From NCBI GenBank assembly GCA_963826115.1, contig CAWGVS010000002.1, positions 176,122 through 240,121 on the forward strand: a stretch of DNA of 64,000 nucleotides, given 5' to 3'. This document shows, piece after piece, positions 9,740-18,805 of this stretch; position 1 is the stretch's first letter; every line of letters begins with the position of its first letter. The DNA comes from an uncultured Candidatus Rokubacteria bacterium (GTDB lineage Bacteria; Methylomirabilota; Methylomirabilia; Rokubacteriales; DASRDR01). A program made the position numbers and the translations under genes. Below the pieces are notes generated by a model. That model did not search any database. It was not told the origin of the DNA and was given only the letters and a program-made list of their open reading frames with translations.

Positions 9740-10976
9740 GGCGGAGGAGCAGCTCCAGGAGCACCCGGGCGCCGGTCACCAGGTGGTCGACGTCGGCCCA
9801 CTCCTCCGGGCAGTGGCTGCGGCCGTCGCGGCAAGGGATGAAGAGGAGCCCGATCGGGCAGAGCCGCGCCATGTGATTCGCGTCGTGGCTGGCGCCGCTC
9901 GTGAGACGCCGGTGGGGGATCCCGAGCGCCGATGCCGCGGCGTCCGCGGCGGCCACCATCTCGGGCGCCACGGTGAGGGGCGGGTCCCGCATGAGGACGG
10001 TCCACTCGACGGCGACGGCGCGCCGCGCGGCGATCTCCCGTGTCCCGGTCTCGAAGCGCGCCAGCGTCTCGGCGATCGCGGGTGGGTCGATCCCACGGAA
10101 GTCCACGAGGAGATCCGCCTCCCCGGGGACGATGTTGATCATGTTCGGGCGCGCCTCGACGACGCCGACCGTCCCCACCATCCCGCGGCCGGCCTCGCGC
10201 GCGACCTGCTCCACGAGCAGGACGATCTCCGCGGCCGCCGCGACCGCGTCCCGCCGATCCGCCATCGGCGTCCCGCCCGCGTGGTCCTGGCGGCCCCGCA
10301 CCGCGACCCGGTAGCGGCTCGGCGCCGCGATGGCGGTCACCACGCCGAGCGGCAGACCCGCCCGGTCGAGCGAGACCGCCTGCTCGATGTGGAGCTCGAG
10401 GTACCGGAGGACGTCGCCGGACGACCGCCGCGCGCCGTCGAGGGCCGCGCCACGCCCGCCCACCGAGTCGACCGCGTCGGCGAGGCTCTGTCCCACGCGG
10501 TCGCGGAGCCCGACCGCGGTGGCGGCGTCCAGCTTGCCGCTCATCGCGCGGCTGCCGATCGTCGAGAGGCCGAAGTCCGACGGCTCCTCGCAGGTGAAGT
10601 TGATCACCTCGAACGGGTGCGCGAGCCGGTGACCGGCCGCCTCGAGGCAGCGAGCCACCTCGAGGCCCGCCAGGACGCCCGCGATCCCGTCGAAGCGCCC
10701 GCCCGCCTCGACGGTGTCGAGATGCGAGCCGATCACGAGCGCGGGCCCCGGACCGCCGCGCCGCCCGATCTGGTTGCCGGCGGCGTCGACCGACGGGGTG
10801 AGCCCCGCCTCCGCCATCCGCCGGGTGAGCCACTGGCGCGCCGCGCGATCCTCGTCGGAGAAGGCCCGGCGCGTGTACGGCCGGTCCGGCCGCGTGAAGG
10901 CCTCGAGCGCGCGGAGGTCGGCCGCGAGCCGCTCCGGCGACGGGCGCGGCAGGCCCGCAGAGCGGGCGTCAGGCAC
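9720..10976 (-). CDS. M20 Zn-dependent hydrolase (allantoate amidohydrolase / N-carbamoyl-L-amino acid hydrolase family)
   Basis: GSHLDTV, GRFDG, EE, ELHIEQ, HAGGTPM, SGASHDA and SHCPEE motifs. Confidence 0.9.
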   Translation of the reverse strand: MPDARSAGLPRPSPERLAADLRALEAFTRPDRPYTRRAFSDEDRAARQWLTRRMAEAGLTPSVDAAGNQIGRRGGPGPALVIGSHLDTVEAGGRFDGIAGVLAGLEVARCLEAAGHRLAHPFEVINFTCEEPSDFGLSTIGSRAMSGKLDAATAVGLRDRVGQSLADAVDSVGGRGAALDGARRSSGDVLRYLELHIEQAVSLDRAGLPLGVVTAIAAPSRYRVAVRGRQDHAGGTPMADRRDAVAAAAEIVLLVEQVAREAGRGMVGTVGVVEARPNMINIVPGEADLLVDFRGIDPPAIAETLARFETGTREIAARRAVAVEWTVLMRDPPLTVAPEMVAAADAAASALGIPHRRLTSGASHDANHMARLCPIGLLFIPCRDGRSHCPEEWADVDHLVTGARVLLELLLRLDRDLA

Positions 10977-11009
10977 GCGCCGCGCTCCGCTGCCGGGCCG
11001 CGGCGGCGC

Positions 11010-11897
11010 TCATCGCGGCAGGACCGCCTCGGCGAGCGTCCCGGCGATCGCGGTCAAGGCCCGCGCCGCCGCCGCGTCGGGGTGCTCGAGCACGAACGGC
11101 CGGCCGCGGTCCGCGGCCGCGGCGAGCCGCGGGTCGAACGGCACGCGCCCGAGGAAGGCCACGCCGTGCTGGGCAGCCGTCGCTTCCCCGCCGGGACCGT
11201 CGAAGAGCGGCCCGACGGCGCCGCAGGTCGGACAGGCGTAGCCCGCCATGTTCTCGATCAGCCCGAGCAGACGCGCCCCCCGCTCGCGCGCGAGGGTCAT
11301 CGCGCGGCGCACGACGAGGTGCGAGACGGCCGAGGGAATCGTGACGACCACGGCGCCGGTCAGGCCGGGCAGGAGGTCGAGGAGCGTCGGCAATCGCTCG
11401 GCGCCCGGCGGCAGGTCGAGGAGCAGCACGTCGAGGGCGCCCCATGCCGTGTCCGCGAGGAACTCCCGGAGCGCGGTCCCCTCCATGGTCCCGCGCCAGG
11501 TGTGCGCCTCGGCCTGGGTCGGCGCGTCCCAGACCACGGGCGTGTCGTCGCCGGGCAGGAGGAGGTCCATCGACAGGACCCGGATCCCGTCGGCCGACAC
11601 GGCGGGGCGAACGCCGTCGGGCGCGACCTCCAGCGTCTGGCCGCGCACGCCGAGCATCTTGCCCATCGACGGGCCGTTCAGGTCCGCGTCGAGCACGCCG
11701 ACGGCGAGCCCGCGCGCGGCGAGGGCGCCCGCGAGGTTCGCGGTCACCGAGCTCTTCCCCACCCCGCCCTTCCCCGAAACGACCGCGACGCTCGCGCGGA
11801 CCGGCGCCATCCGGGCGGCGAGCCGCGTCTGCTGCGCGACCACCTGCTCCACGATGTTCGAGCCGCCGTCGCCCGCAATGTCGCGATAGCCCTTCAT
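11010..11897 (-). CDS. Mrp/NBP35 (ApbC) family Fe-S carrier P-loop ATPase
   Basis: ATG 11897 overlaps the upstream stop; SGKGGVGKS deviant Walker A, DADLNGPS, DLPPG, ENMAGYACPTC; no N-terminal MIP18 domain. Confidence 0.9.
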   Translation of the reverse strand: MKGYRDIAGDGGSNIVEQVVAQQTRLAARMAPVRASVAVVSGKGGVGKSSVTANLAGALAARGLAVGVLDADLNGPSMGKMLGVRGQTLEVAPDGVRPAVSADGIRVLSMDLLLPGDDTPVVWDAPTQAEAHTWRGTMEGTALREFLADTAWGALDVLLLDLPPGAERLPTLLDLLPGLTGAVVVTIPSAVSHLVVRRAMTLARERGARLLGLIENMAGYACPTCGAVGPLFDGPGGEATAAQHGVAFLGRVPFDPRLAAAADRGRPFVLEHPDAAAARALTAIAGTLAEAVLPR

Positions 11898-12913
11898 GCG
11901 CCGCTGCCCTCGTCGCTGGTGTCGAGCGGGGCCGACGCGGGGTCCCGCAGGTGCGCGCGGAAGCGCCGCATGAGGTCCTGCCCGAGGAAGTCCCCGGGGG
12001 CGCCATGCCGCTCGGCCTCGAAATAGTGCCGGATCCGGTCGAGCCGCTCCTGCGCCTCCGGGTTCAGACTGACGGTGCGGATCTCGGCCTTCGCGGCGTC
12101 GAACGCGTCGAAGGTGAGCTCGGTGAAGCCGAGCTCGCGGATGCGCTTGACGGCCTTCATCATCGCCTGGTTCCGGAACCGCGTGAGGAGCGGCGAGTCG
12201 ATCTCCGCCACGCCCATCCGCCGGGCGCGCCGCTCCGCCGCCTTGCGGATGCCCTCGCGCACGAACTCCGGAGCCGTCTGGAGCCGCGCCCAGGCCTCGG
12301 GGCGCCACCGGACCGGCGTGTCGGGCGCCGCCTGCCAGAGCCGGTCGACGACCTCCGCGGTGACCCGCTCGTACCCGGCGCGCCGGGCCTCGACCTCGAC
12401 GTCTCGCTGGAAGAGGCGGAGCACGAAGTCCGCCATCATGGCCGGGGCCTTGCCGAGTCGCGCGACGAGCCGGGCCTCCGCGTCGGGCGTCCAGGGGAGC
12501 GGCGCCGCGGCCGCCTCGGTCTCGGCTTCCGCCTCGGCCTCCCGGATCAGATCATGTGTCACCGCGACCGCTCCGCGCTCGGCGGCCAGCTCCTCGCAGA
12601 TCCGGCGCGTCATGGGCCGCATGAAGGAGGGCGCCGCCTCGAGCACCGCCAGCGCCTCCGGCGTCCACGGCGGGGCGGACTGCGGGACCTGGTAGGCGCC
12701 GCTCTCGGCGAGGCCCATCATCTCGCTCTTGTAGCGGGTCATGAGCTCGGGCGTGATCACCTCCACGCCCTCGGCGCGCGCCCGCCGCTCGGCCAGCCGC
12801 CGGACCATGCCCCGGAGGAAGAACGGCGCGCGCGCGACCCGCGCCTCGGCCTCCGGCGTCCAGCGCACCTCGCCGGACGGGGGCGGGGCCGGCGCGCCGG
12901 ATGCGCCGCTCAC
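11894..12913 (-). CDS. Protein of four tandem PCP_red-like (PF08369-type) domains
   Basis: GTG 12913 overlaps the upstream TGA; four repeats begin WTPEAEAR, WTPEALAV, WTPDAEAR and WRPEAWAR, each continuing P.F/M...E..A...G...I/V-T/D. Confidence 0.8.
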   Translation of the reverse strand: MSGASGAPAPPPSGEVRWTPEAEARVARAPFFLRGMVRRLAERRARAEGVEVITPELMTRYKSEMMGLAESGAYQVPQSAPPWTPEALAVLEAAPSFMRPMTRRICEELAAERGAVAVTHDLIREAEAEAETEAAAAPLPWTPDAEARLVARLGKAPAMMADFVLRLFQRDVEVEARRAGYERVTAEVVDRLWQAAPDTPVRWRPEAWARLQTAPEFVREGIRKAAERRARRMGVAEIDSPLLTRFRNQAMMKAVKRIRELGFTELTFDAFDAAKAEIRTVSLNPEAQERLDRIRHYFEAERHGAPGDFLGQDLMRRFRAHLRDPASAPLDTSDEGSGA

Positions 12914-13335
12914 GCCTCGCGGCTCCACGCCGCCCGCGCGAGGATCACGGCCGTGAAGATCGTGAGGAGGCAGAAGGCCCACGCGCCCACGCGCATCGGC
13001 ACGTCGAGCCCGAGGACGGGGATGGTCTCCGCGCGAGGCGCCCGGGCGATCCGCGCCACCTCGATCGCGCGGATGGCGACCAGCAGGGTCAGGATGCGGG
13101 CGAAGTCCCGGCGGGAGAGGAGCCAGCGATCGAGCCACCCGCGCTCCTTCACAAGGAGCCACGGAATCACGATCACGAACAGCGCGCCGACGACGAACCA
13201 CGCCGCGCCCCCACGCTCCATTCCCCGTGGGCCGAGGCCGCTCTGCGCGAGCGCGAGCCCCCCGAGCCAGTAGACGACGCCGTAGGCGACGTACGTCCAT
13301 GCGGCCTGGCGGTAGAGCGCGTCCCGCGGGGCCAT
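12910..13335 (-). CDS. Hypothetical membrane protein, about 4 TM helices
   Basis: 141 aa, hydrophobic, tightly packed in the operon. Confidence 0.7.
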   Translation of the reverse strand: MAPRDALYRQAAWTYVAYGVVYWLGGLALAQSGLGPRGMERGGAAWFVVGALFVIVIPWLLVKERGWLDRWLLSRRDFARILTLLVAIRAIEVARIARAPRAETIPVLGLDVPMRVGAWAFCLLTIFTAVILARAAWSREA

Positions 13336-13342
13336 CCCGCGC

Positions 13343-14719
13343 TCAGCCGTCCCCGGCCGTGGGCGGGCGGCCGGCCGCGGGCGTGAACGGCCGCCCCGGC
13401 GAGATGCCCCAGCGGCTCCGCACCTCGGCGAGGATCGCCGGGGTCACGGTCGTCTGCCCCTGGCCGCGCGCGTAGGCCTCGACCGCCTGGACGACCATGG
13501 CGCGGGCGAACGCCGGGATCGCGTCGAGCCGCGCCCGGGCCGCCGGCTCCCACGCGAGCGCGAACCGCGCCTCGAGCCCGAACGTCTGCTCGACCCCGAG
13601 CCGGATCAGCTCGCCGCCGTGGGCGCCGGGCTGGTAGCCGCAAGCCGGGTCCTCGGCGAGATAGTCGCCGTAGGTCGCGTAGGCGCGGCAGCGGCAGCCG
13701 CCGCAGAGCTCGCGGAACTCGCAGGCGCCGCAGCGCCCGCCGAGCGGCCGGTGACGGAGCTCCGTGAAGACTTCCGCCCGTTCCCAGAGCTCGGCGAAGC
13801 CGGTCTCGCGCAGGTTGCCGGCGGACACCGGCATGTACGGGCACGGCGTCACGTCGCCCGTCGGCGTGATGCGGCAGTAGTACTTCCCGGCCGGGCACGA
13901 GCCGTGCGCGTAGTTCGCGAGCAGCGGCGAGCTCGGGTCCAGCTCGTAGAGCACCCGCCGGAAGTGGGGCGCGCACTTCGCGCGGATCAGGAGGCCGCCG
14001 GCCCGGCCGACGGGCACGCTCCAGGGGTCCTCGCGCCGCTCGAGCACGGAGTCGGACGCGGAGCTCTCTGGCGCGCGGCCCGCCCCCTGAGTCCGGGCCA
14101 GATAGGTCAGGATCTCCTCGTACTGCGCGGGTGTGATGTCGGTGAGCCCTTCGCCGCGGCCTGTCCGGACGAGGAAGAAGAAGTTGAGGACCCGCGCCCC
14201 GAGCTCCCGCGCGAGGTCGATCATCGCGGGGATCTCGCCGACGTTCCAGTCGGTGACGCTCATGTGGAGCGAGAAGTCGATGCGCTCCGCCCGGAGGGCC
14301 TCGGTCGCCCGGATGGCGCCCTTCCAGGCGCCGGGCAGATGCCGGAACTCGTCATGACGCGCGGCATCGACCGAGTCGAGGGAGAGCGACGCCCCCTGGA
14401 CGCCGTGGGTCTTCATGAGGCGCGCCTGCTTCGCGCGGAGGAGGACGCCGTTGGTCCCGAGGACGACCGTGAAGCCGTGCTCCCGCCCCTCGGCCGCCAG
14501 CTCGAAGATGTCCGGACGCAGCAGCGGCTCGCCGCCGGTGAGGATCAGGAAGGTCCCGGGGTTCACGCGGGCCATGTCCGCCATCACCCGGCGGCACTCC
14601 TCCGTCGAGAGCTCGCCCGCCGCCGAGGCGCTCGGGGCCCCGCTGATGTAGCAGTGGGCGCAGAAGAGGTTGCAGCGCTGGGTGAGGTTCCAGGAGACCG
14701 CGTACGCCTTGTACGTCAC
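13343..14719 (-). CDS. Radical SAM/SPASM protein, AhbD/NirJ-like (tetrapyrrole-modifying family), with C-terminal PCP_red-like domain
   Basis: WNLTQRCNLFCAHC, TGGEPLLR, KCAPHF; SPASM CPAG...C...PCPY...CGACEFRELCGGCRCRAY...DPAC; C-terminal WEPAARARLDAIPAFARAMV...VT. Confidence 0.85.
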   Translation of the reverse strand: MTYKAYAVSWNLTQRCNLFCAHCYISGAPSASAAGELSTEECRRVMADMARVNPGTFLILTGGEPLLRPDIFELAAEGREHGFTVVLGTNGVLLRAKQARLMKTHGVQGASLSLDSVDAARHDEFRHLPGAWKGAIRATEALRAERIDFSLHMSVTDWNVGEIPAMIDLARELGARVLNFFFLVRTGRGEGLTDITPAQYEEILTYLARTQGAGRAPESSASDSVLERREDPWSVPVGRAGGLLIRAKCAPHFRRVLYELDPSSPLLANYAHGSCPAGKYYCRITPTGDVTPCPYMPVSAGNLRETGFAELWERAEVFTELRHRPLGGRCGACEFRELCGGCRCRAYATYGDYLAEDPACGYQPGAHGGELIRLGVEQTFGLEARFALAWEPAARARLDAIPAFARAMVVQAVEAYARGQGQTTVTPAILAEVRSRWGISPGRPFTPAAGRPPTAGDG

Positions 14720-14805
14720 TGGATGACGGCCGGTTGCGCCTCGACCGGGGCTTTTCCCGCGAGGACGCTCAGCGAGCCGGCGATGAACGCGCGCCTGGCC
14801 AGCAT
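14716..14805 (-). CDS. Possible 29-aa small ORF resembling an orphan twin-arginine signal peptide
   Basis: MLARRAFIAGSLSVLAGKAPVEAQPAVIQ*; its TGA overlaps the radical SAM GTG; no clear RBS. Confidence 0.3.
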   Translation of the reverse strand: MLARRAFIAGSLSVLAGKAPVEAQPAVIQ

Positions 14806-14879
14806 CGGAGGGCGCCCGCTCTCGCCAGCCGCCACCGTGGCAACGCCCCGCGCGGCCTCGACCGACGTGACCTCGCCGC

Positions 14880-16781
14880 CTAGCCCTGCGGCTTGTTCTT
14901 GATGTAGCCGGCGATGACCTCGTTCATCGTGGTGCGGGCGTGGCCGATCCCCTCCTCGCAGACGTCGAGATCGATGAATCCGACCTGCTTCTCCCCCGCC
15001 ACCTTCTCGATCGCCTCGCGGGTCATGTCGCGCATGAAGCCGGCCGGCACGCGGTTCAGACGGGCGACGGCGTCCTCGGTCCACGTGAAGGCGCCGTTCG
15101 GGTCGGTCACGTCCTTGAGGGTCGCCCCGGCGAACTTCGTGTTGGCAATGAGCGTGTCCCAGCCGTCGCCGAGCTTGTCGCGCCCGACCGTCTCCTCGAT
15201 GAGCGGGAAGGCGACCTCCTTCGTGATGACGGGGAGCTTCCGCGTCCGCGCGTACTTCTCGATCCGCGCCTTCGCGCGCCGGCGGAGGTAGGCGTCGGTG
15301 ACCTGGCGGAGCCCCTCCCGCGCGTCGTTGGCCCAGCGGACCGTCACGCCGGGCATGACCTCCTCCTCGGCGATCCCGCCCTCCAGGGTGGCGATCTGCT
15401 CCACCGCCTTCCGGTCGACGAGGGTGAACGCCTCCGGGCCGCCCGAGCAGACCGGGCACTTCACGACGGGGTTCGGGCCCTTCACGACGTACCCGCAGAC
15501 CGAGCAGATCGCCGTCACGGCGGCGTCCTCGGCCCGGAGCTTCGCGACCGCCAGGTCCTCGGCGAGGATCTGCATCTTCTCGGCCATGCGGCCGGGCATG
15601 AAGATCGCCATCGCCTCGTCGATGACCTTCGAGGTGATGACGGTGTGCCCCTGCTCGATCGCGTAGCGGAGGAGCGCCGTGCGCGCCACCCCGGCCACCT
15701 GCTCGGGCACGCGCTTCATCCGGTCCCGGGCCTCGTCCGTCCAGGCGATGATCTCCTCGGCCTTGACGTCGAGCGGCGGGTAGAACTTGCCGCCCACCAG
15801 CAGCACGTTGCACGGGGCCAGGCGGAGCAGGTTCTCCGTGTTCGAGCCGAGGTCCGCCTCCCGCTCGTCCGAGTGGACGCCGATGCGTCCGAGGATCAGG
15901 AGCCAGGGCTGCTCCTTCCGGCAGAACTGGAGCACCTTCTCGAAGCACTTGCCGTCGAGCAGCGTGATCGCGAGGTCGACCCCCTCATCGGCCGCGAGCT
16001 TCCGGCCGATCTCGAGGTGCGACTGGTAGATCTTCGCGAGCCCCGTGTCGATGATCTCCTCGTGGAGCTGCTCCTGCTCCTTGAAGCGGAACACCTTCGA
16101 GGCCTGCTCGGTGAGCACGCCGACGATCCCGTTGAACATGGCGTAGTGGAGGTACGGGTCGTACACCGCGACCGCGTGGACCGGCCGGCGGAGGGCCTTC
16201 CCCAGCGCGATGCCGACCTTGAGCCCGTAGAAGGACTGCGGGCTCCCGTCGAGGCCGACGACGATCGCGCCCTGCTGTGCCTCCAGGGGCTCCAGGCTCC
16301 GGATCACCAGCGTGTCGGCCGTGACCTTCCGGATGAAGCGCTCGGTCACCGAGCCGAGCTGGCTGTCGCGCACCGCGCCCAGGCCCAGCGCGCCCATGAT
16401 GACGAGGTCGTAGTCCTTGCCCTGCACGTCGTCGATCAGGGCCTTGTAGTGCTTGCCGTCCATCATCCGCGGCTCGAAGGGCAGCCCGGCGGCCTCGGTC
16501 TTCTTCCGCATGACCTCGAGGTAGGAATCGGACACGAGCTGGAGGCCCATGGCGATCAGCGAGTCGTGGATCTTTCGCTGGCGCTCGAGCTCGTGCTCGT
16601 CCCGGTACTCCTCGGGCAGCGTGTACTCCATCTGCTTGAAGCGGTAGTCGTGGAGCCGCGCCGCGTACACGTGGCAGCCGGTCAGGGTCGAGCCGAAGGC
16701 CCGCCCGAGCTCCACGGCGAGGTCGATCGCGCGGTTGGAGTAGTCCGAGTTGTCGACCGGAACGTAGATCTTGCCGAACAT
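14880..16781 (-). CDS. Universal stress protein fusion: USP-USP-PCP_red-rubredoxin-like-PCP_red-PCP_red
   Basis: AAGGAG RBS, ATG 16781; KIYVPVDNS and IVVGLDGS USP starts; GALGLG...LGSVTE and LGSNTE motifs; CSVC...CPVC; three W(T/A)xxA repeats. Confidence 0.85.
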   Translation of the reverse strand: MFGKIYVPVDNSDYSNRAIDLAVELGRAFGSTLTGCHVYAARLHDYRFKQMEYTLPEEYRDEHELERQRKIHDSLIAMGLQLVSDSYLEVMRKKTEAAGLPFEPRMMDGKHYKALIDDVQGKDYDLVIMGALGLGAVRDSQLGSVTERFIRKVTADTLVIRSLEPLEAQQGAIVVGLDGSPQSFYGLKVGIALGKALRRPVHAVAVYDPYLHYAMFNGIVGVLTEQASKVFRFKEQEQLHEEIIDTGLAKIYQSHLEIGRKLAADEGVDLAITLLDGKCFEKVLQFCRKEQPWLLILGRIGVHSDEREADLGSNTENLLRLAPCNVLLVGGKFYPPLDVKAEEIIAWTDEARDRMKRVPEQVAGVARTALLRYAIEQGHTVITSKVIDEAMAIFMPGRMAEKMQILAEDLAVAKLRAEDAAVTAICSVCGYVVKGPNPVVKCPVCSGGPEAFTLVDRKAVEQIATLEGGIAEEEVMPGVTVRWANDAREGLRQVTDAYLRRRAKARIEKYARTRKLPVITKEVAFPLIEETVGRDKLGDGWDTLIANTKFAGATLKDVTDPNGAFTWTEDAVARLNRVPAGFMRDMTREAIEKVAGEKQVGFIDLDVCEEGIGHARTTMNEVIAGYIKNKPQG

Positions 16782-16819
16782 GGAAGCCTCCTTGCGCAGC
16801 ACGGGGGGCGGCGCCGGGG

Positions 16820-17584
16820 TCACTTGAGCTCGAACTCGACCGCGACCTCGCCCTTCGCCGGCACCGTCACCTCCTGGGTGAGGACGCGGGGGGGGTCGTA
16901 GAGGGGGCGGCCGTCCTTGTCCTTGCCCGTCGCCACCCAGCCTTCGTGCCAGGCGGTGACGCGGTAGCGTCCCGGCGGGATCTCGTCGATGCGGAACTGT
17001 CCATTGTCGTCCGTGACCGCGAAGTAGGGGTTCTCGCGCACGACGATCCAGGCCCGCATGTGGGTATGCGCGTCGCAGACGACCTCGATGACGCCGGGCT
17101 TCTTGATGCGCTGCGAGACGTCGACGGCCTGGTCCTTCGTGGGCAGCGCGATGTTGAACACCGTCAGGCGATCGAGGTAGCCGTGGGTGTTGTGGAGCAC
17201 CGGATCGGTGTTCTTGATCCGCACCTTGGCCCCCGCCATCACCGCGGAGACGTGCGGCACGAAGAGGCACTTCGCGTTGTCCAGCTCGAAGTCCGGCGCG
17301 CGCTTGCCCCGCTCGACACCCTCGAGCGCCACCACCGTGCCGCGGACGCCGCCGGTCGCGCCCACCACCAGCGCCTCCGAGGGCTTGTGCTCGCCACAGA
17401 CGTCCGTGTTCTTCCGCACGGCCAGGAGCTCCGCTTTCGGCGGCTCGCCCGCGAGCCCGACGCGCCCCACCAGGACGCCGCCGTCGGGCACCGGGGCCTC
17501 GACGTAGGGCGCCGCCGACCGGGCCACGCCCGCGAGCCCGAGGCCCAGCGCGAGGAGAAGCACGGCGAGACCACGAGCGCGCAT
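16820..17584 (-). CDS. Secreted carboxypeptidase-regulatory-like / cupredoxin-like protein
   Basis: Signal peptide; LHNTH...CDAHTHM; paralogous to 24761..25459. Confidence 0.7.
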   Translation of the reverse strand: MRARGLAVLLLALGLGLAGVARSAAPYVEAPVPDGGVLVGRVGLAGEPPKAELLAVRKNTDVCGEHKPSEALVVGATGGVRGTVVALEGVERGKRAPDFELDNAKCLFVPHVSAVMAGAKVRIKNTDPVLHNTHGYLDRLTVFNIALPTKDQAVDVSQRIKKPGVIEVVCDAHTHMRAWIVVRENPYFAVTDDNGQFRIDEIPPGRYRVTAWHEGWVATGKDKDGRPLYDPPRVLTQEVTVPAKGEVAVEFELK

Positions 17585-17596
17585 CCTAGCCCCGTC

Positions 17597-17989
17597 TCAC
17601 GGCGCGCCCGCCGAGCCCGGCCCGGAGCGCCCGCCCTCGGTCGGATCCACCAGGTGATCGAGCGCCAGCCAGATGGCCTTGCTGTACCGAAACGACCAGA
17701 GCGGGAACAGCACCGCGAAGGCGCCCCAGATCGTCACCTGCCATCCCGGCGAGGGCGCGAGCCAGGCCTCCAGGAGGAAGTACCCGGCGAGGGCGAGGCC
17801 CACCGTCAGACCGTAGTTGATGTAGATCGCGCCAATGAAGTACCCCGCCTCGCGCTCGAACTGGAGCCCGCAGACCGGGCAGCGGGGCCGCATCCGGACC
17901 AGGCCGGTGAACAGCGACGCGCCGCCGCAGCGCGGGCAGCGCAGTCCGAGCCCCCGCCGGACCGCCAGGGCCAGTCGCGTGCGATCCAC
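17597..17989 (-). CDS. DUF983-family membrane protein with zinc ribbon
   Basis: RCPRCG...CPVCG...EREAGYF followed by two TM helices. Confidence 0.75.
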   Translation of the reverse strand: MDRTRLALAVRRGLGLRCPRCGGASLFTGLVRMRPRCPVCGLQFEREAGYFIGAIYINYGLTVGLALAGYFLLEAWLAPSPGWQVTIWGAFAVLFPLWSFRYSKAIWLALDHLVDPTEGGRSGPGSAGAP

Positions 17990-18011
17990 GGGCCCGCGCC
18001 CTCACGCCCGC

Positions 18012-18425
18012 TCATCCATGGTAGAGCATCCAGTACACCACCACGCCGGTCACCGACACGTAGAGCCAGATCGGGAAGGTGACGCGGGCCAGGCGCGCGT
18101 GGCGCGTGAACTGCGCCCGGAGCGCGCGGTAGAGCGTCGTCCCGACGAGGGGGACGATCGCCACCGCCAGCACGGTGTGCGTGATCAGGATCACGAAGTA
18201 GACCGGCCGCAGCCACCCGCCGCCCGCGTACGGGCGCGAGCCCACCTGCGCGTGGTAGGTCAGGTACGAGACGAGGAAGAGGACCGAGAGGGCAACCGCG
18301 GTCAGCATGCAGGCCCGGTGGACGGCGACCCGCCCCTGCCGGATGGCCACGAAGCCGGCCACGAGCGCCACCGCCGCGGAGGCGTTCAGCACGGCGTTGA
18401 CCGTGGGCAGGACCGCGAGGGTCAC
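18012..18425 (-). CDS. DUF420 family membrane protein (cox-associated)
   Basis: LPTVNAVLN, HRACM, FLVSYL, YFVILITH and IWLYVSVTGVVVY motifs. Confidence 0.85.
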   Translation of the reverse strand: MTLAVLPTVNAVLNASAAVALVAGFVAIRQGRVAVHRACMLTAVALSVLFLVSYLTYHAQVGSRPYAGGGWLRPVYFVILITHTVLAVAIVPLVGTTLYRALRAQFTRHARLARVTFPIWLYVSVTGVVVYWMLYHG

Positions 18426-18456
18426 CGGCCGGCGGGCCGCGGAGACGGGTACCCCG

Positions 18457-18783
18457 TCAATGCTTGGGTGCCTCGAGCTTCTTCTCGGCGGCGGTCTGGC
18501 GCGGCGGGTTCAGCGAGTCCGGCAGCAGCACCAGCACCAGGAGCGTGCCGATCAGGACGGGCGTCAGGGCAATGTAGCCGAGCGTCTTCGTCTCGAGCTT
18601 GAGGTGCATGAAGTAGAGGGCGACCATCGCCGCCTTCGCCGAGGCGAGCGAGACCAGCAGGATGGCGATCACGGTATGGGGAAGGGGCATGAAGATGACC
18701 CCGATCTCGACCACCGTGAGCACCGCCAGGTACCAGAAGATGGCCATGTAGCTCGGGCCGTGCTTCGCATGGGAGTCCGCCAT
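18457..18783 (-). CDS. ctaF: Cytochrome c oxidase subunit IV
   Basis: LAVLTVVE and KAAMVALYFMHLKLE motifs. Confidence 0.85.
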   Translation of the reverse strand: MADSHAKHGPSYMAIFWYLAVLTVVEIGVIFMPLPHTVIAILLVSLASAKAAMVALYFMHLKLETKTLGYIALTPVLIGTLLVLVLLPDSLNPPRQTAAEKKLEAPKH

Positions 18784-18805
18784 CGCGCGCCTCCGCCTCG
18801 TCCGG

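Noticed and set aside
13343-14719. Radical SAM/SPASM as the core of a RiPP cluster
   Set aside because: Motifs fit AhbD/NirJ haem enzymes, there is no RRE/PqqD, peptidase or exporter nearby, and the context is respiratory. Kept only as a minor alternative for the 29-aa ORF.
11894-16781. PCP_red domains as evidence of phototrophy
   Set aside because: No bchL/N/B catalytic domains or other chlorophyll genes in the window; only the small accessory domain is present.
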